Origin: Candidatus Bathyarchaeota archaeon
GTDB lineage: Archaea; Thermoproteota; Bathyarchaeia; Bathyarchaeales; Bathycorpusculaceae
Assembly: GCA_963715865.1 (NCBI GenBank)
Contig: OY970280.1
Location: 1,312,001 to 1,376,000, forward strand
Length of the DNA: 64,000 nucleotides
Direction: 5' to 3'
The position numbers and the translations under genes are program-made. This document shows positions 49,546 through 59,294 of this stretch, piece by piece. Under the pieces are notes generated by a model. It searched no databases and was not told the DNA's origin. It saw nothing but the letters and a program-made list of their open reading frames with translations. Within the stretch, counting starts at the first letter, position 1. Every line of letters starts with the position of its first letter.

Positions 49546-50160
49546 GTGATGGGCATGGTTGATTTTAAACTAGATTCGAATAAGACAGCGTTAGTTGTTA
49601 TAGATGTGCAAAAAGGCATAGTCGCGCTGGATAGAAAACTTGAACCCAACACTGCAAGCCAAGTTATAGCAAACGTCTCACAGCTTGTAAAAAAGTTTAG
49701 AGATGCTGGAATGCCCGTTTTCCTAGTTCACGTAACGTCTATCGATGGAAAAGACGTGCTGCGTCCCATAACGGATCAGCAGGTTCAATGGGGTTCAGGT
49801 CAAAGACCTGCAAATTGGACAGAATTTATAGATGAAATAAAGCCCACAGAGAAGGATATAGTAATAACGAAGAGACAGTGGGGCGCGTTTTACGGAACCG
49901 AACTCGATTTGCAACTAAGGCGCAGAAAAATAGAAACAATAGTCCTCTGCGGAGTTTCAACCAACATAGGCGTGGAGACAACTGCAAGAGACGCATATCA
50001 ATGTGGATATAACCAAGTCTTCGCCGTAGACGGGATGGCAGCAAACAGCAAAGACGAGCATGAAGCAACTCTAAAGTACATTTTTCCAAGGATAGGACTG
50101 CTAAGGACAACGGACGAGATTCTAAGAGCCATACCAGAAAGCCATTTTACGCTAGAATGA
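49546..50160 (+). CDS. Isochorismatase-family hydrolase (YecD-like)
   Basis: VIDVQKG, KRQWGAFYGTELD, GVSTNIGVETTARDA. Confidence 0.88.
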   Translation: MMGMVDFKLDSNKTALVVIDVQKGIVALDRKLEPNTASQVIANVSQLVKKFRDAGMPVFLVHVTSIDGKDVLRPITDQQVQWGSGQRPANWTEFIDEIKPTEKDIVITKRQWGAFYGTELDLQLRRRKIETIVLCGVSTNIGVETTARDAYQCGYNQVFAVDGMAANSKDEHEATLKYIFPRIGLLRTTDEILRAIPESHFTLE

Positions 50161-50324
50161 CCGTTAACCTTGGTTCAAATCCGTCTAAATTAATACAAAT
50201 AATTTTGGATTTGTTAAGTAAGTAGATAAATATACGGTTGCATTATCGTGTGAAGCAAAGAAAGGGCAAACCCGGTGTTTAAGGCTGGTAAACGTGCATA
50301 AGAAGCCGCTCTGGAGTTGATTAA

Positions 50325-51539
50325 ATGAAGTATATACTTATTGTTGGAGATGGAATGGCTGATTATCCTATTCCTGAATTGGGAAACAAGACTCCGCTTC
50401 AAGCAGCATACAAACCAAACATGGATTCGATAGCAGCAGAAGGCCGAAGCGGCCTAATCAAAACAGTTCCTGACGAGTTAACTCCAGGCTCAGATGTCGC
50501 CATATGTTCAGTACTGGGTTACGACCCGAAACTGTACTGCACGGGCAGAGGTCCACTTGAAGCGCCTTCTAGAGGCATAAAATTAGGAGATAACGATGCA
50601 GCTTACCGATGTAATTTGATAACTGAGAAGGATGGAGTTATCGTTGATTATTCCGCAGGTCACATAACTACTGACGAATCATCCAAATTAATAGCAACGG
50701 TAAAGGAAGCTTTTGAGAAACCTAATGAAATCGAATTCTTCTCAGGACTTGATTACAGGCACTTTTTGATACTGCGAAATTTCCCAAATCCAGAGCTTAT
50801 TCAGTGCACTCCGCCGCACGATGCTATCGGAGTAGATGTTTCAGCCGTGTTGCCAAAAGCCAAATCGGCAAAAGCAGAAAAAACAGCGCATTTGCTCAGA
50901 GATTTAATTAATGGTTCCAGGGATATTCTGCGGTCTCATCCTGTAAACGTTGCGCGAGAGAAGACAGGTAAGAGACCGGGCAACCTGATTTGGCCTTGGG
51001 GCGGCGGGAAAAAACCATCCATGCCAACGTTGAAAGAGAAGTACGGTTTGAAAGGGGCAGTCATATCTGCGGTTGATTTGGTGAAGGGAATCGGCACTTA
51101 CGCTGGAATGGAAATCATTAACGTTCCTGGAGCAACGGGGTTGTATAATACTAACTATGAAGGCAAAGCAGACGCTGCATTAAAGGCTCTTGAGGATAAT
51201 GATTTGGTTTTTGTCCATGTTGAAGCGCCAGATGAAGCTGGACATGTTAAAGATTACGATCTAAAAGTAAAAACGATTGAAGACTTAGACAAGAGGCTGC
51301 TGGGCAGGATTCTCGACGGCTTAAACGAGCCATACGCGATTGCAATATCGCCTGATCACCCCACGCCCATCAGAATCGGGACGCATTCAAGAGACCCTGT
51401 GCCTTTCGCCATTAAATCGCCGTTTTTGAAACCTGATGGAGTTAAAAAGTTTGATGAGTTTTCTGCAAGAAAGGGAGCGTTCGGTCTAGTCGAACATGAC
51501 TATCTCATTTCGCTTCTTATCTCTTCATCCAAGCGGTAA
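50325..51539 (+). CDS. apgM: Cofactor-independent phosphoglycerate mutase, archaeal type
   Basis: GDGMAD, PGSDVA, HVEAPDEAGH, PDHPTP, HSRDPVP. Confidence 0.93.
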   Translation: MKYILIVGDGMADYPIPELGNKTPLQAAYKPNMDSIAAEGRSGLIKTVPDELTPGSDVAICSVLGYDPKLYCTGRGPLEAPSRGIKLGDNDAAYRCNLITEKDGVIVDYSAGHITTDESSKLIATVKEAFEKPNEIEFFSGLDYRHFLILRNFPNPELIQCTPPHDAIGVDVSAVLPKAKSAKAEKTAHLLRDLINGSRDILRSHPVNVAREKTGKRPGNLIWPWGGGKKPSMPTLKEKYGLKGAVISAVDLVKGIGTYAGMEIINVPGATGLYNTNYEGKADAALKALEDNDLVFVHVEAPDEAGHVKDYDLKVKTIEDLDKRLLGRILDGLNEPYAIAISPDHPTPIRIGTHSRDPVPFAIKSPFLKPDGVKKFDEFSARKGAFGLVEHDYLISLLISSSKR

Positions 51540-51579
51540 TATGTAAAAGTAAATTTGCTCAGTTGCTGAAACTAAGTTT

Positions 51580-51894
51580 CTAAGCATCTTGCTTCGAGTC
51601 TATGTCTTTCATTCGTTTATTTATGACCCTTTGAATTTCCGGGTCTTTTTCTCTATGCCTTGCTTCAACTAAGAGCTTTTTTGCTACGGAAAGGCTTTTT
51701 TCTCCAAAAATTTTCGCAAAATTGCTGGATCGTCTTTCAAGTAAGCGGAGATATCGAGGTAGGACGCAGACGAAGTTTAACGGGTAGCGCTTGCCTTTGT
51801 CTAAGTCAACTACGACCAGTTGGATTGAATTGTTTAGTTTTTGATTCCCTTTTTTGATTGCATAGAGTTTTAAGTTCAATCTACCCCAACCCAT
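51580..51894 (-). CDS. Hypothetical protein
   Basis: 104-aa basic ORF filling the gap between convergent/divergent genes; no family recognised. Confidence 0.55.
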   Translation of the reverse strand: MGWGRLNLKLYAIKKGNQKLNNSIQLVVVDLDKGKRYPLNFVCVLPRYLRLLERRSSNFAKIFGEKSLSVAKKLLVEARHREKDPEIQRVINKRMKDIDSKQDA

Positions 51895-52107
51895 AGTTAA
51901 CTTATCAAGTTTATGATAACTACAAGAATAACTATTCGTTATATCTCCTTAAACTTCGGCTCCATATTAACTTTCCTAAAAAACAAAAAACAAACCTGAT
52001 AAGACGCAGCAATTGTCGAGACAATTGAGCTGGGTCTAATCGGCAGGTATTCTCCTAGCTTTTTATAAATCTCTTTACGCAAACAATTCACTGGGAAGTA
52101 GCAAGAG

Positions 52108-52872
52108 ATGACTAAGCAGGTAAATAGAGCGCTGGATTATGGTAATTGGGTTTCGAAGCGATTAATCTACACGTTTGGCTTATTGGGCATTGTGTTTTTT
52201 GCATTAGCGTTTCTGGTTTGGGTGTTGGTAATTCCTGCTCTGCTATGCCTCGCAGTAGCTTTGTATTTTCTTTATGCACGGTACCTGTTTTCGCCCAAGG
52301 GAGGAGGCGTGCAGAACAGAATCTGGGAATACGTGATTTTAAATTTGGATTGGAACGGTGAAGGGCAAGCGTTGGATGTTGGCTGCGGAAACGGCGCATT
52401 AACAATAAAGCTAGCACGCAAATTTACCGCGGCACGGCTAACTGGAATTGATTATTGGGGAAAAAGATGGGAATATTCCAAAAGCACTTGTGAGGCAAAC
52501 GCTAAAGCTGAAAGCGTAAATGATAGAGTCGTTTTTCAAAAAGCGAGCGCTTTGAAGCTGCCGTTTGAGGATGAATATTTTGATGCAGCCGTAAGCAACT
52601 TAGTTTTCCATGAAATCAGCGACGCTAAAGACAAACGTGAATTGATTCGCGAAGCGTTGCGAGTGGTTAAGAAGGGCGGAAAATTCGCTTTCCAAGACCT
52701 CTTCCTACTCAAACAAGTATACGGTGACGTTGACGAATTAGTTGCAACCATAAAAAGCTGGGGAATTACCAAAGTAGAGTTTGTAGAAACTAGAAACGCA
52801 TCTTTTATCCCAGTTGCTTTGAAGTTGCCGTTCATGGTGGGAAAAATAGGCATAATCAAAGGAGAAAAATAA
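52108..52872 (+). CDS. Class I SAM-dependent methyltransferase with N-terminal TM hairpin
   Basis: LDVGCGNG, LPFEDEYFDAAVSNLVFHE, RVVKKGG. Confidence 0.88.
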   Translation: MTKQVNRALDYGNWVSKRLIYTFGLLGIVFFALAFLVWVLVIPALLCLAVALYFLYARYLFSPKGGGVQNRIWEYVILNLDWNGEGQALDVGCGNGALTIKLARKFTAARLTGIDYWGKRWEYSKSTCEANAKAESVNDRVVFQKASALKLPFEDEYFDAAVSNLVFHEISDAKDKRELIREALRVVKKGGKFAFQDLFLLKQVYGDVDELVATIKSWGITKVEFVETRNASFIPVALKLPFMVGKIGIIKGEK

Positions 52873-52883
52873 GAATAGGCTAA

Positions 52884-54761
52884 TTATTGTTTAGACAGGA
52901 ATTTCTCAATCTCTTTTTCCGCATTGTCTGCTTTGATGAATATGGGTACGTTCTCCATTCCCGTAGCAATATAGCTGCTCAGGAGCCATTCGCCTGGCGC
53001 AAACTCAAGTGTCTTCTCCAAAATGCCCTTATCAATCATGAACGTTTCACTAACCAAAGCCCTGTCGTATGGTCTTGGTAGGGTGCCGACGAAATACGTG
53101 TGCAACTGCTGAAGCGCGTTAGTGTTCAAGTATGCGATGCGTTGTGTGGCTATGCATACGCCTAAACCGTACTTGCGTCCTTGGCGGAGCAGCGTTTCCA
53201 CGTGCGCGGAGCATTTGCCGTCTATGCCGCCTTCTTTGCTGCTGATGAATTCCTGTGCCTCGTCGAAGACTAATAGGATGTAGGGTTTTACTGTGAATCG
53301 GCGTTTCCTACGTACAAGCAAGTCCTGAGTCAAAGCTATGGCAAGCTCTTTGATGGTGAATGGGTCACTAATTGAGATCACCACGAGGTTAGTTGATGGT
53401 TCCTCGAGCAGTTGCCTTATCCCTTCAACCGTCAATCCTTCTGCGTCGCGGTCTTTCTTCTCGCTGCGCTTCTTGAACAAGTCAGCTATGGTACTTCTTG
53501 TTGTAGCCCATGCGTACAATCCGCTCTTATCATGGACTTTGAATTTCTCAACCGCAGCTCTTGCAACCTCATCAATGTATGGAACAAAGCCTTCGCTGAC
53601 TTCTTGGTTCTCGCTTAACCCTTGCTTCTCAACGTACTCTCGCACGGCATCATGAATTTCATCAATAGCATTAACGTAATGTCCTTTACCAACGGAATCC
53701 TTGCGCTGGTCATCGAGTTCCTCCATGAACTGGCCGTAAGTTGGAATTTTTTGCTTTGGCTTTGTGTAATACGACAGCTTCCCCTGATCTATGATTGCCT
53801 GCAAACCAGCCTTCGTTCGCAGGTCACTTTCATATTCTCTTGGCTTAACCACGGAGTTAAAGAGTTGCTCGAGCGAATCAATCCTATGTTCTAAAACCAG
53901 TTTAGCCTTCACGGCTGGGTCAGCCAGCACATCAAGCAAGAGAAAAGCGTATTCGCAGCTGATGTCGAAGATAACAATCTTCTTCTCATCCATATGAAAC
54001 ATTATTCGCCTCAGAACATTAGACATCAAGTTGCTTTTGCCACCGCCAGTGAACGCGAAAACGCCAAAGTGGTAACGGATCAGTTTTTCGAAATCAACGT
54101 AAATTGGGATTTTGGCTTGGTTGGCTTCGAACATTTTAATTACGCCAAGTCTGGGGTCAATGCGTGCGTCCTCAACGGTTTTTGCTGTGTCAATGCCTAG
54201 TTGTGTAGCGATTTTCTGGTTGTACATGCGGTTAATCATTTCGCTGTTTAGCAGGAGCACGGAGCTGCCGACCACTGGGTAAGAAAACCCTTTAGCAAAC
54301 TCAAACGTACAACCGCCCTTAATGATTAAGTCATAGTTGATGGGAATCGCGTCAATCTGAATCATCATTGTTGACTTGTCATCAGTCTGCCAATCGGCTT
54401 CTGACTGCTCGATGATTTCAAACTGCATCGGATAATATCCATGGTCACTGAGCCCGCGAAGCCCGAAGTGTTCAGGCCAAACGCGGCTAATCTCCATAAG
54501 CGTATACCGCTCGGCTGCGCTGGTTGCGGGCTTAAAATTTTTAACAGCCAACAGCATGCCCTCTTCCAATAAGCCCATCAAATCTTTTTGGTACTCTATT
54601 TTGACTCGGCATTGGTAGCGTGCGCTTGTGCCTGTAACTTTGGAGTCGCCGCCTTCGCCGCCAGCGTAACGGGGCATAACCGCCGCTAAGCGGCCATGAA
54701 ATTTGTCGTCAAAATCTGTGAAGCATTCTTTGTTAACGGTTTTCTCTTCTTGCTTGTTCAA
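52884..54761 (-). CDS. herA: HerA-like FtsK/HerA ATPase (HAS-barrel plus DUF87)
   Basis: Walker A FAFTGGGKS, FDISCEY, Walker B FDEAQEF, LRQGRKYGLGVCIATQR. Confidence 0.88.
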   Translation of the reverse strand: MNKQEEKTVNKECFTDFDDKFHGRLAAVMPRYAGGEGGDSKVTGTSARYQCRVKIEYQKDLMGLLEEGMLLAVKNFKPATSAAERYTLMEISRVWPEHFGLRGLSDHGYYPMQFEIIEQSEADWQTDDKSTMMIQIDAIPINYDLIIKGGCTFEFAKGFSYPVVGSSVLLLNSEMINRMYNQKIATQLGIDTAKTVEDARIDPRLGVIKMFEANQAKIPIYVDFEKLIRYHFGVFAFTGGGKSNLMSNVLRRIMFHMDEKKIVIFDISCEYAFLLLDVLADPAVKAKLVLEHRIDSLEQLFNSVVKPREYESDLRTKAGLQAIIDQGKLSYYTKPKQKIPTYGQFMEELDDQRKDSVGKGHYVNAIDEIHDAVREYVEKQGLSENQEVSEGFVPYIDEVARAAVEKFKVHDKSGLYAWATTRSTIADLFKKRSEKKDRDAEGLTVEGIRQLLEEPSTNLVVISISDPFTIKELAIALTQDLLVRRKRRFTVKPYILLVFDEAQEFISSKEGGIDGKCSAHVETLLRQGRKYGLGVCIATQRIAYLNTNALQQLHTYFVGTLPRPYDRALVSETFMIDKGILEKTLEFAPGEWLLSSYIATGMENVPIFIKADNAEKEIEKFLSKQ

Positions 54762-56646
54762 TACTTGCTCGCCTCTCTCGGAAGGTACTCATGTAGAATA
54801 TGAATTTTCTCAATTTATGGTTATTCAAAATCCAGTTCGCTGTGGAATCTGCAACGCATTTGAATTGGCTGTAATTCCACTTGGCAATCTTATCTGCCAC
54901 AAACAACGCTTTATTATGTCCAAAAGCCTCCGGAATATTAACTGGCGCCATAGCCACAAGCATACTCATAACCAGATTTTGCATCTTGTTAGCTATCGAC
55001 TTATCCTTGTATAGAAAGACTTCCACAGGTTCTCTTGTGCCGTCGCTCATTTCATTCCACAAGGCTAAGCAGCACTCGGGCTTGAGGTCAAAGTCAGCGT
55101 AAGCTAAACGGTCAATCAGCAATACGTTGCTCCTCAATAGCGGGTCAGATTTGGCTTGGCTAAGCTGCACATAAGTCTTCAAAAAAGCCTTCTCTAAACC
55201 AATCTTATTCTTAATAATGCCAGAAACATAGCCCTGACCCCTGTCCAAGTCAGCCTTCATCGTTCTAAAAGCTGAATCATACTCAATCAGGCTCCAAGGC
55301 GGCACCACTTTCTCTGGGTTTAAAACGCTTGCTGATTGGAGAATCATGCGGTCAGTGTTCGGGAGTGCTGTCAACGCTTCGTTTTCCACTGCTGCTTTCA
55401 GTAAGCCTTCGTTTTGCATTATTGGAATTAACTGGCGCTTGAAATCCCTCGCTGAAGTGTCCTTTGTGATGCCTACAAGCAGGATGCGTTTTCTCCAACA
55501 CTCCTCCATAAGCATCTGCAAAGCGAACAGCGTCAAAAAAGCAATATCAAGCGTGGTTAACCAGTGCTCTTTGCCATCCTTGACTATTTTCATGCTGCTG
55601 GATGTTTCTGTCGAGAGGTTTTTTGTGGAAAAAAGTTTGTCGCCAACTTCGATGGTTAAACGTTTTGTATGCTCCCAACTGTCAACATACTGCTTGTTTA
55701 AAGCGTAAATGCCATCGGTGTCTGTTAGGATGTGTTTTGTGATTAAGCGTGATAGGGTTTTTTCGACCCTTCTTTTACGTTTATCATCCACTATCCCTAA
55801 GGCTTCGCAGATTTGCGTTTGCGTCAACGTTTTGTTTTCTTCCGCTAGGCAAGTTATTGCATGACGTAGGTAATCCGCCCTTGGAGCAGGCAAACCCAAA
55901 GCCTTATTGCAAACGTGATGGCGTGCTATGGCTAAATCGTTCGGATCAACTTTCCTTCCGTTGATACTGTAGCCAACGAGTGCGCTTTTTGCATCCCAAA
56001 AATCTGTTTTCCTAGTTTCGTATAGGAGGCTTGCGCGTTCCGTGGATAAGCTTCTATCCATTAAAAGTACCCTAATGTTCTGTGCCTGGTCAACGGCAAG
56101 CTTGTAGGCTAAGTAAAACTCTGAAAAAGTCATGATTACGTTAGCTATTAGCGAATTGTTTGCAATTTCTTCATCTGTAGCCGGCTTTGAAGGGTTAACT
56201 TCGCCGGGCTGCTCTTCCGCCGAAAACGAAGTGTCAACATCAGGGATTTCGTTTATGTATATTGGGACGACGCTGGATACGCCTATGTTTTGCTGAATCG
56301 TCTTAGCGTCATATTCAACTTGAGGCTCAGCTGCTTCTGCGAATCTTACGGTGCCTGTTGAGGCGTAAGCGCCGCCGAAAAAAATAACCATGTCAAACAG
56401 TGGTCGCGAGTACATTGTGCCGTCTATGCCTGCAAAGCGAACGCTGTCTGAACCGAAGAATTCTTTAGCCGTTTCCCAAGCTTCCTTCGGATTGAAGCGT
56501 GACTTTATCAGGTTCACAAGTAAACCATCATAAGCGTCTTTCAGGATTGAGAAGCGCTGCTCATAGTCGGTGACTTGTTTGGTTGCGCCTTGCCTCAGAT
56601 TATCGCATGTATGTTTCATTGTGTCGCTAAGCGAAGGCGCAGTCAC
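54733..56646 (-). CDS. nurA: NurA-domain nuclease, unusually long, with an inserted winged helix
   Basis: FAGIDGT, LLMDRSL, LVGITKD, FGHNKALFVADKIAK; overlaps the herA start. Confidence 0.78.
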   Translation of the reverse strand: MTAPSLSDTMKHTCDNLRQGATKQVTDYEQRFSILKDAYDGLLVNLIKSRFNPKEAWETAKEFFGSDSVRFAGIDGTMYSRPLFDMVIFFGGAYASTGTVRFAEAAEPQVEYDAKTIQQNIGVSSVVPIYINEIPDVDTSFSAEEQPGEVNPSKPATDEEIANNSLIANVIMTFSEFYLAYKLAVDQAQNIRVLLMDRSLSTERASLLYETRKTDFWDAKSALVGYSINGRKVDPNDLAIARHHVCNKALGLPAPRADYLRHAITCLAEENKTLTQTQICEALGIVDDKRKRRVEKTLSRLITKHILTDTDGIYALNKQYVDSWEHTKRLTIEVGDKLFSTKNLSTETSSSMKIVKDGKEHWLTTLDIAFLTLFALQMLMEECWRKRILLVGITKDTSARDFKRQLIPIMQNEGLLKAAVENEALTALPNTDRMILQSASVLNPEKVVPPWSLIEYDSAFRTMKADLDRGQGYVSGIIKNKIGLEKAFLKTYVQLSQAKSDPLLRSNVLLIDRLAYADFDLKPECCLALWNEMSDGTREPVEVFLYKDKSIANKMQNLVMSMLVAMAPVNIPEAFGHNKALFVADKIAKWNYSQFKCVADSTANWILNNHKLRKFIFYMSTFRERRASIEQARRENR

Positions 56647-57009
56647 TTCTCCTCACTCTTCATTGCAAGAGTGATTGCTTGGGCTGTTAAAAGCATTGTT
56701 GACACTTAAACGCTTAAAACTACAATAAAAAAAGACTTTGTTATAGGTTCATTGACTAGTGGTGCTGTTGAAGAAAAGGCTCCCGCAAAGAAGGATAGCC
56801 TCTTTTTAGCTAGTATTTTAACAGTTAAAAAGCGGGTATCCCTCAGACACAGCGAGCACCAACAACATAAACTCTCACCTTATTAATGCTCTAATAGTGT
56901 GATTTGCAGTTTTCACTATACAGAAAGCAAAAATATCCGAGCGCCACACTCTACAATATAACCCAGACTTTGGCAGGTTCAAATTTTGCCAAGAAAAAGG
57001 ATTACCTGT

Positions 57010-57096
57010 GCGGGATTGCCCTAGCCTGGTAGGGGGCAGGCCTGCTAAGTCTGTGGTCGAAAGGCCGCGTGGGTTCAAATCCCACATCCCGCGCCA
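57010..57096 (+). tRNA. tRNA-Ser (anticodon GCT), CCA encoded
   Basis: Acceptor GCGGGAT/ATCCCGC, discriminator G, CCA; anticodon stem CAGGC/GTCTG with loop CTGCTAA; long variable arm; T-loop GGTTCAAATCC. Confidence 0.96.
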
Positions 57097-57368
57097 CGCT
57101 TCTTTTACAAATTAGGGCTTGATTATTGCTTATTTATCCAAATAGGGTGCAATAAACGCTAAGAAATTAGCCAATTTCCAAGTTTATTGGTAAAAAGATT
57201 TAGGGTTTAATTTACACATGCCACAGAAGTCTAAATCATTTGTTCATAAAGTGAGACTTTTCCAACTGAGAATGTTGACGTTGTTTCAAAGTTTGACGTT
57301 GAACAAAACTAATTAGTTTCATTCTTATCAGTATTTAGAATCTATTAAGACACTGGCGGCAAATTGCT

Positions 57369-58262
57369 GTGCATACTCTGGAATTGAATAATGTATCTTC
57401 CGGTTACAATAAGCAAGTCGTCTTGCATGATATCAGCTTCAAACTACACGAGCCCTCAATATATGTTGTTTTAGGGCCAAACGGCGCGGGCAAAACAACT
57501 TTGTTTAGAACAATCGCGGGTATACTTGAGCCATTTAGCGGTAAGGTCCTTCTGGACGACCAAAACATAACCACATCAGGCAAGACGCGAACAAGAATAA
57601 GCTTTCTCTCGCAGTACAACGCAATGCCTGAAGAGATGACTGTGTATAACGCGCTTAAGTTTTACTCTGACATCGAGGGCGGAGATACCGACGAGGTGAT
57701 TGATCTGCTGGATCTTAGCCAACTGAAAAATAAAAGGTTCTCCGATCTTTCACAGGGACAAAAAAAGAGAGCCGCAATCGCAAAGGTGTTTCTTCACGAA
57801 AGCGAGTTGTATTTGCTAGATGAACCCACCGCGAATTTAGACCCAGCAGTTTCAAAAGAAATTCGAGATATTATACTAAAATTAAGTAAAGACAAAATGA
57901 TTCTGTACTCTTCCCATAACCTCTATGAAGCAACCGATATTGGAACATACCTTATTTTAATCAAGAATGGCTCTGTGACATTGTTTGATAAAATCTCAAA
58001 CATTAAACCCAAACAGTTCCGAGTAGGCATCAACGCATCAACAGACATATCTAAAATTATAGACGCCCAACGTGAGGGCGATTATTTTGTTTTGAATGTG
58101 TCTAGCCCTGAGGAAGCAGGGCTTGCTTTGAAGAAATTGGTTGAAAGTGGTGTTTTGGTTACTGAAATGCGTCAGCTTGATAATCCTTTGCAAGAGCTTT
58201 TTGAGTCACCCAATGGAAACGTGGAAAAAACACAAAAGGAGTCACAGCAAGTTGCCAAATAG
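57369..58262 (+). CDS. ABC exporter ATP-binding subunit
   Basis: GPNGAGKT, LSQGQKKR, LLDEPTANLDP, SSHNL. Confidence 0.92.
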   Translation: MHTLELNNVSSGYNKQVVLHDISFKLHEPSIYVVLGPNGAGKTTLFRTIAGILEPFSGKVLLDDQNITTSGKTRTRISFLSQYNAMPEEMTVYNALKFYSDIEGGDTDEVIDLLDLSQLKNKRFSDLSQGQKKRAAIAKVFLHESELYLLDEPTANLDPAVSKEIRDIILKLSKDKMILYSSHNLYEATDIGTYLILIKNGSVTLFDKISNIKPKQFRVGINASTDISKIIDAQREGDYFVLNVSSPEEAGLALKKLVESGVLVTEMRQLDNPLQELFESPNGNVEKTQKESQQVAK

Positions 58263-58923
58263 TACACTGATTTTTGCTAAACGAAGCCTCAGTTTGAGCA
58301 AAATATATTCTGGAGCAGGAATTTTTCTGGCTATCTTTGGAATATTTGTATCAGACGCAATCATCCTTTCTGGTGGAGCGGCTGCACCGTACTTTCTTTT
58401 TCCAGCTGCGTTTATGGCTCTTGGACTTCTAATGTTCACAACGTCTGTTATTCTACTGTACGTCTATGACAAAAATAATGGAGTTTTGGAGTATCTACTT
58501 TCACTTGGCTGGAATCAAAGTGACATCTTTAAGCGTTACTTAAAAGCCGCGCTTTTCCTTGCGCTTACTCTTTTCATTGCTGAATTTGCCGCTAATGTTG
58601 TAGCAAGTGTGATTGCAGGGTCACTCTTAGGTTTAGTGACGTCAGCTTTTACCGCTGCGTTGGGTTTTTCAGCCGTTTCTTTAGTTACAATTGCTATGAT
58701 GGCTTTCAGCTCGTTACAAAAGCAGCGAGTAGGTGCCAATAGTCCTCTTGCTTTGTCGATTGGCGTCGTGGTTATCCTTCCCACGTTTTATATTCCGTTT
58801 CTTTTACCTTTTTCTGCAGCCATCTTAGTTGACCTGTTTATTGCTGGGCTTGCGGGTGGTCTGTCAATTGTGTTGTTGATTTTGTCAAGCAGGCTAATTA
58901 GAAGGGAAAAAATGCTTCCGTAA
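58252..58923 (+). CDS. ABC-2-type permease (about 6 TM)
   Basis: Hydrophobic ORF coupled to the ATPase stop, EYLLSLG motif; start moved from 58141 to TTG 58252. Confidence 0.75.
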   Translation: MPNSTLIFAKRSLSLSKIYSGAGIFLAIFGIFVSDAIILSGGAAAPYFLFPAAFMALGLLMFTTSVILLYVYDKNNGVLEYLLSLGWNQSDIFKRYLKAALFLALTLFIAEFAANVVASVIAGSLLGLVTSAFTAALGFSAVSLVTIAMMAFSSLQKQRVGANSPLALSIGVVVILPTFYIPFLLPFSAAILVDLFIAGLAGGLSIVLLILSSRLIRREKMLP

Positions 58924-58960
58924 ATACCAGGCGACCAACATTGCTTTCTCATATTTCTAA

Positions 58961-59007
58961 CTTTTCGTGTGGAATTTAAACGTGGGTGTAAACCTAACAT
59001 CCCGCGC
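58961..59007 (+). repeat. 47-bp repeat A ending in a degenerate tRNA-Ser 3' end
   Basis: cttttcgtgtggaatttaaacgtgggtgtaaacctaacatcccgcgc; 46/47 identical to 61954-62000; last 27 nt match the tRNA T-arm/acceptor at 22/27. Confidence 0.9.
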
Positions 59008-59294
59008 TTCGCCCCTTTTGCAAAATAGGGGTTAATTATCGTTTATTTGAGCAAATAGAACCAAGAAATTGCTTTTAAGTTATTTGCTCCTGTGGTTTCA
59101 TCGCATAAAAACTATCAACCGTTTAAATAGCACGCAAAGTAGGGAAGTATCTTAATGGAAATAGAATGATTGCGAATAGAATAATGTGTTCTATGTCTTA
59201 GAAGATGTAACTCATTAAATTTTGTCTTAAATATAAGAACCTTCATCATAGAGATTAGACGCTCGGAATAGTAAACGCCACCTTGTGATGCCTA

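Noticed and set aside
56875-57087. 70-aa ORF beginning MWDLNPRG
   Set aside because: Antisense translation of the tRNA-Ser gene.
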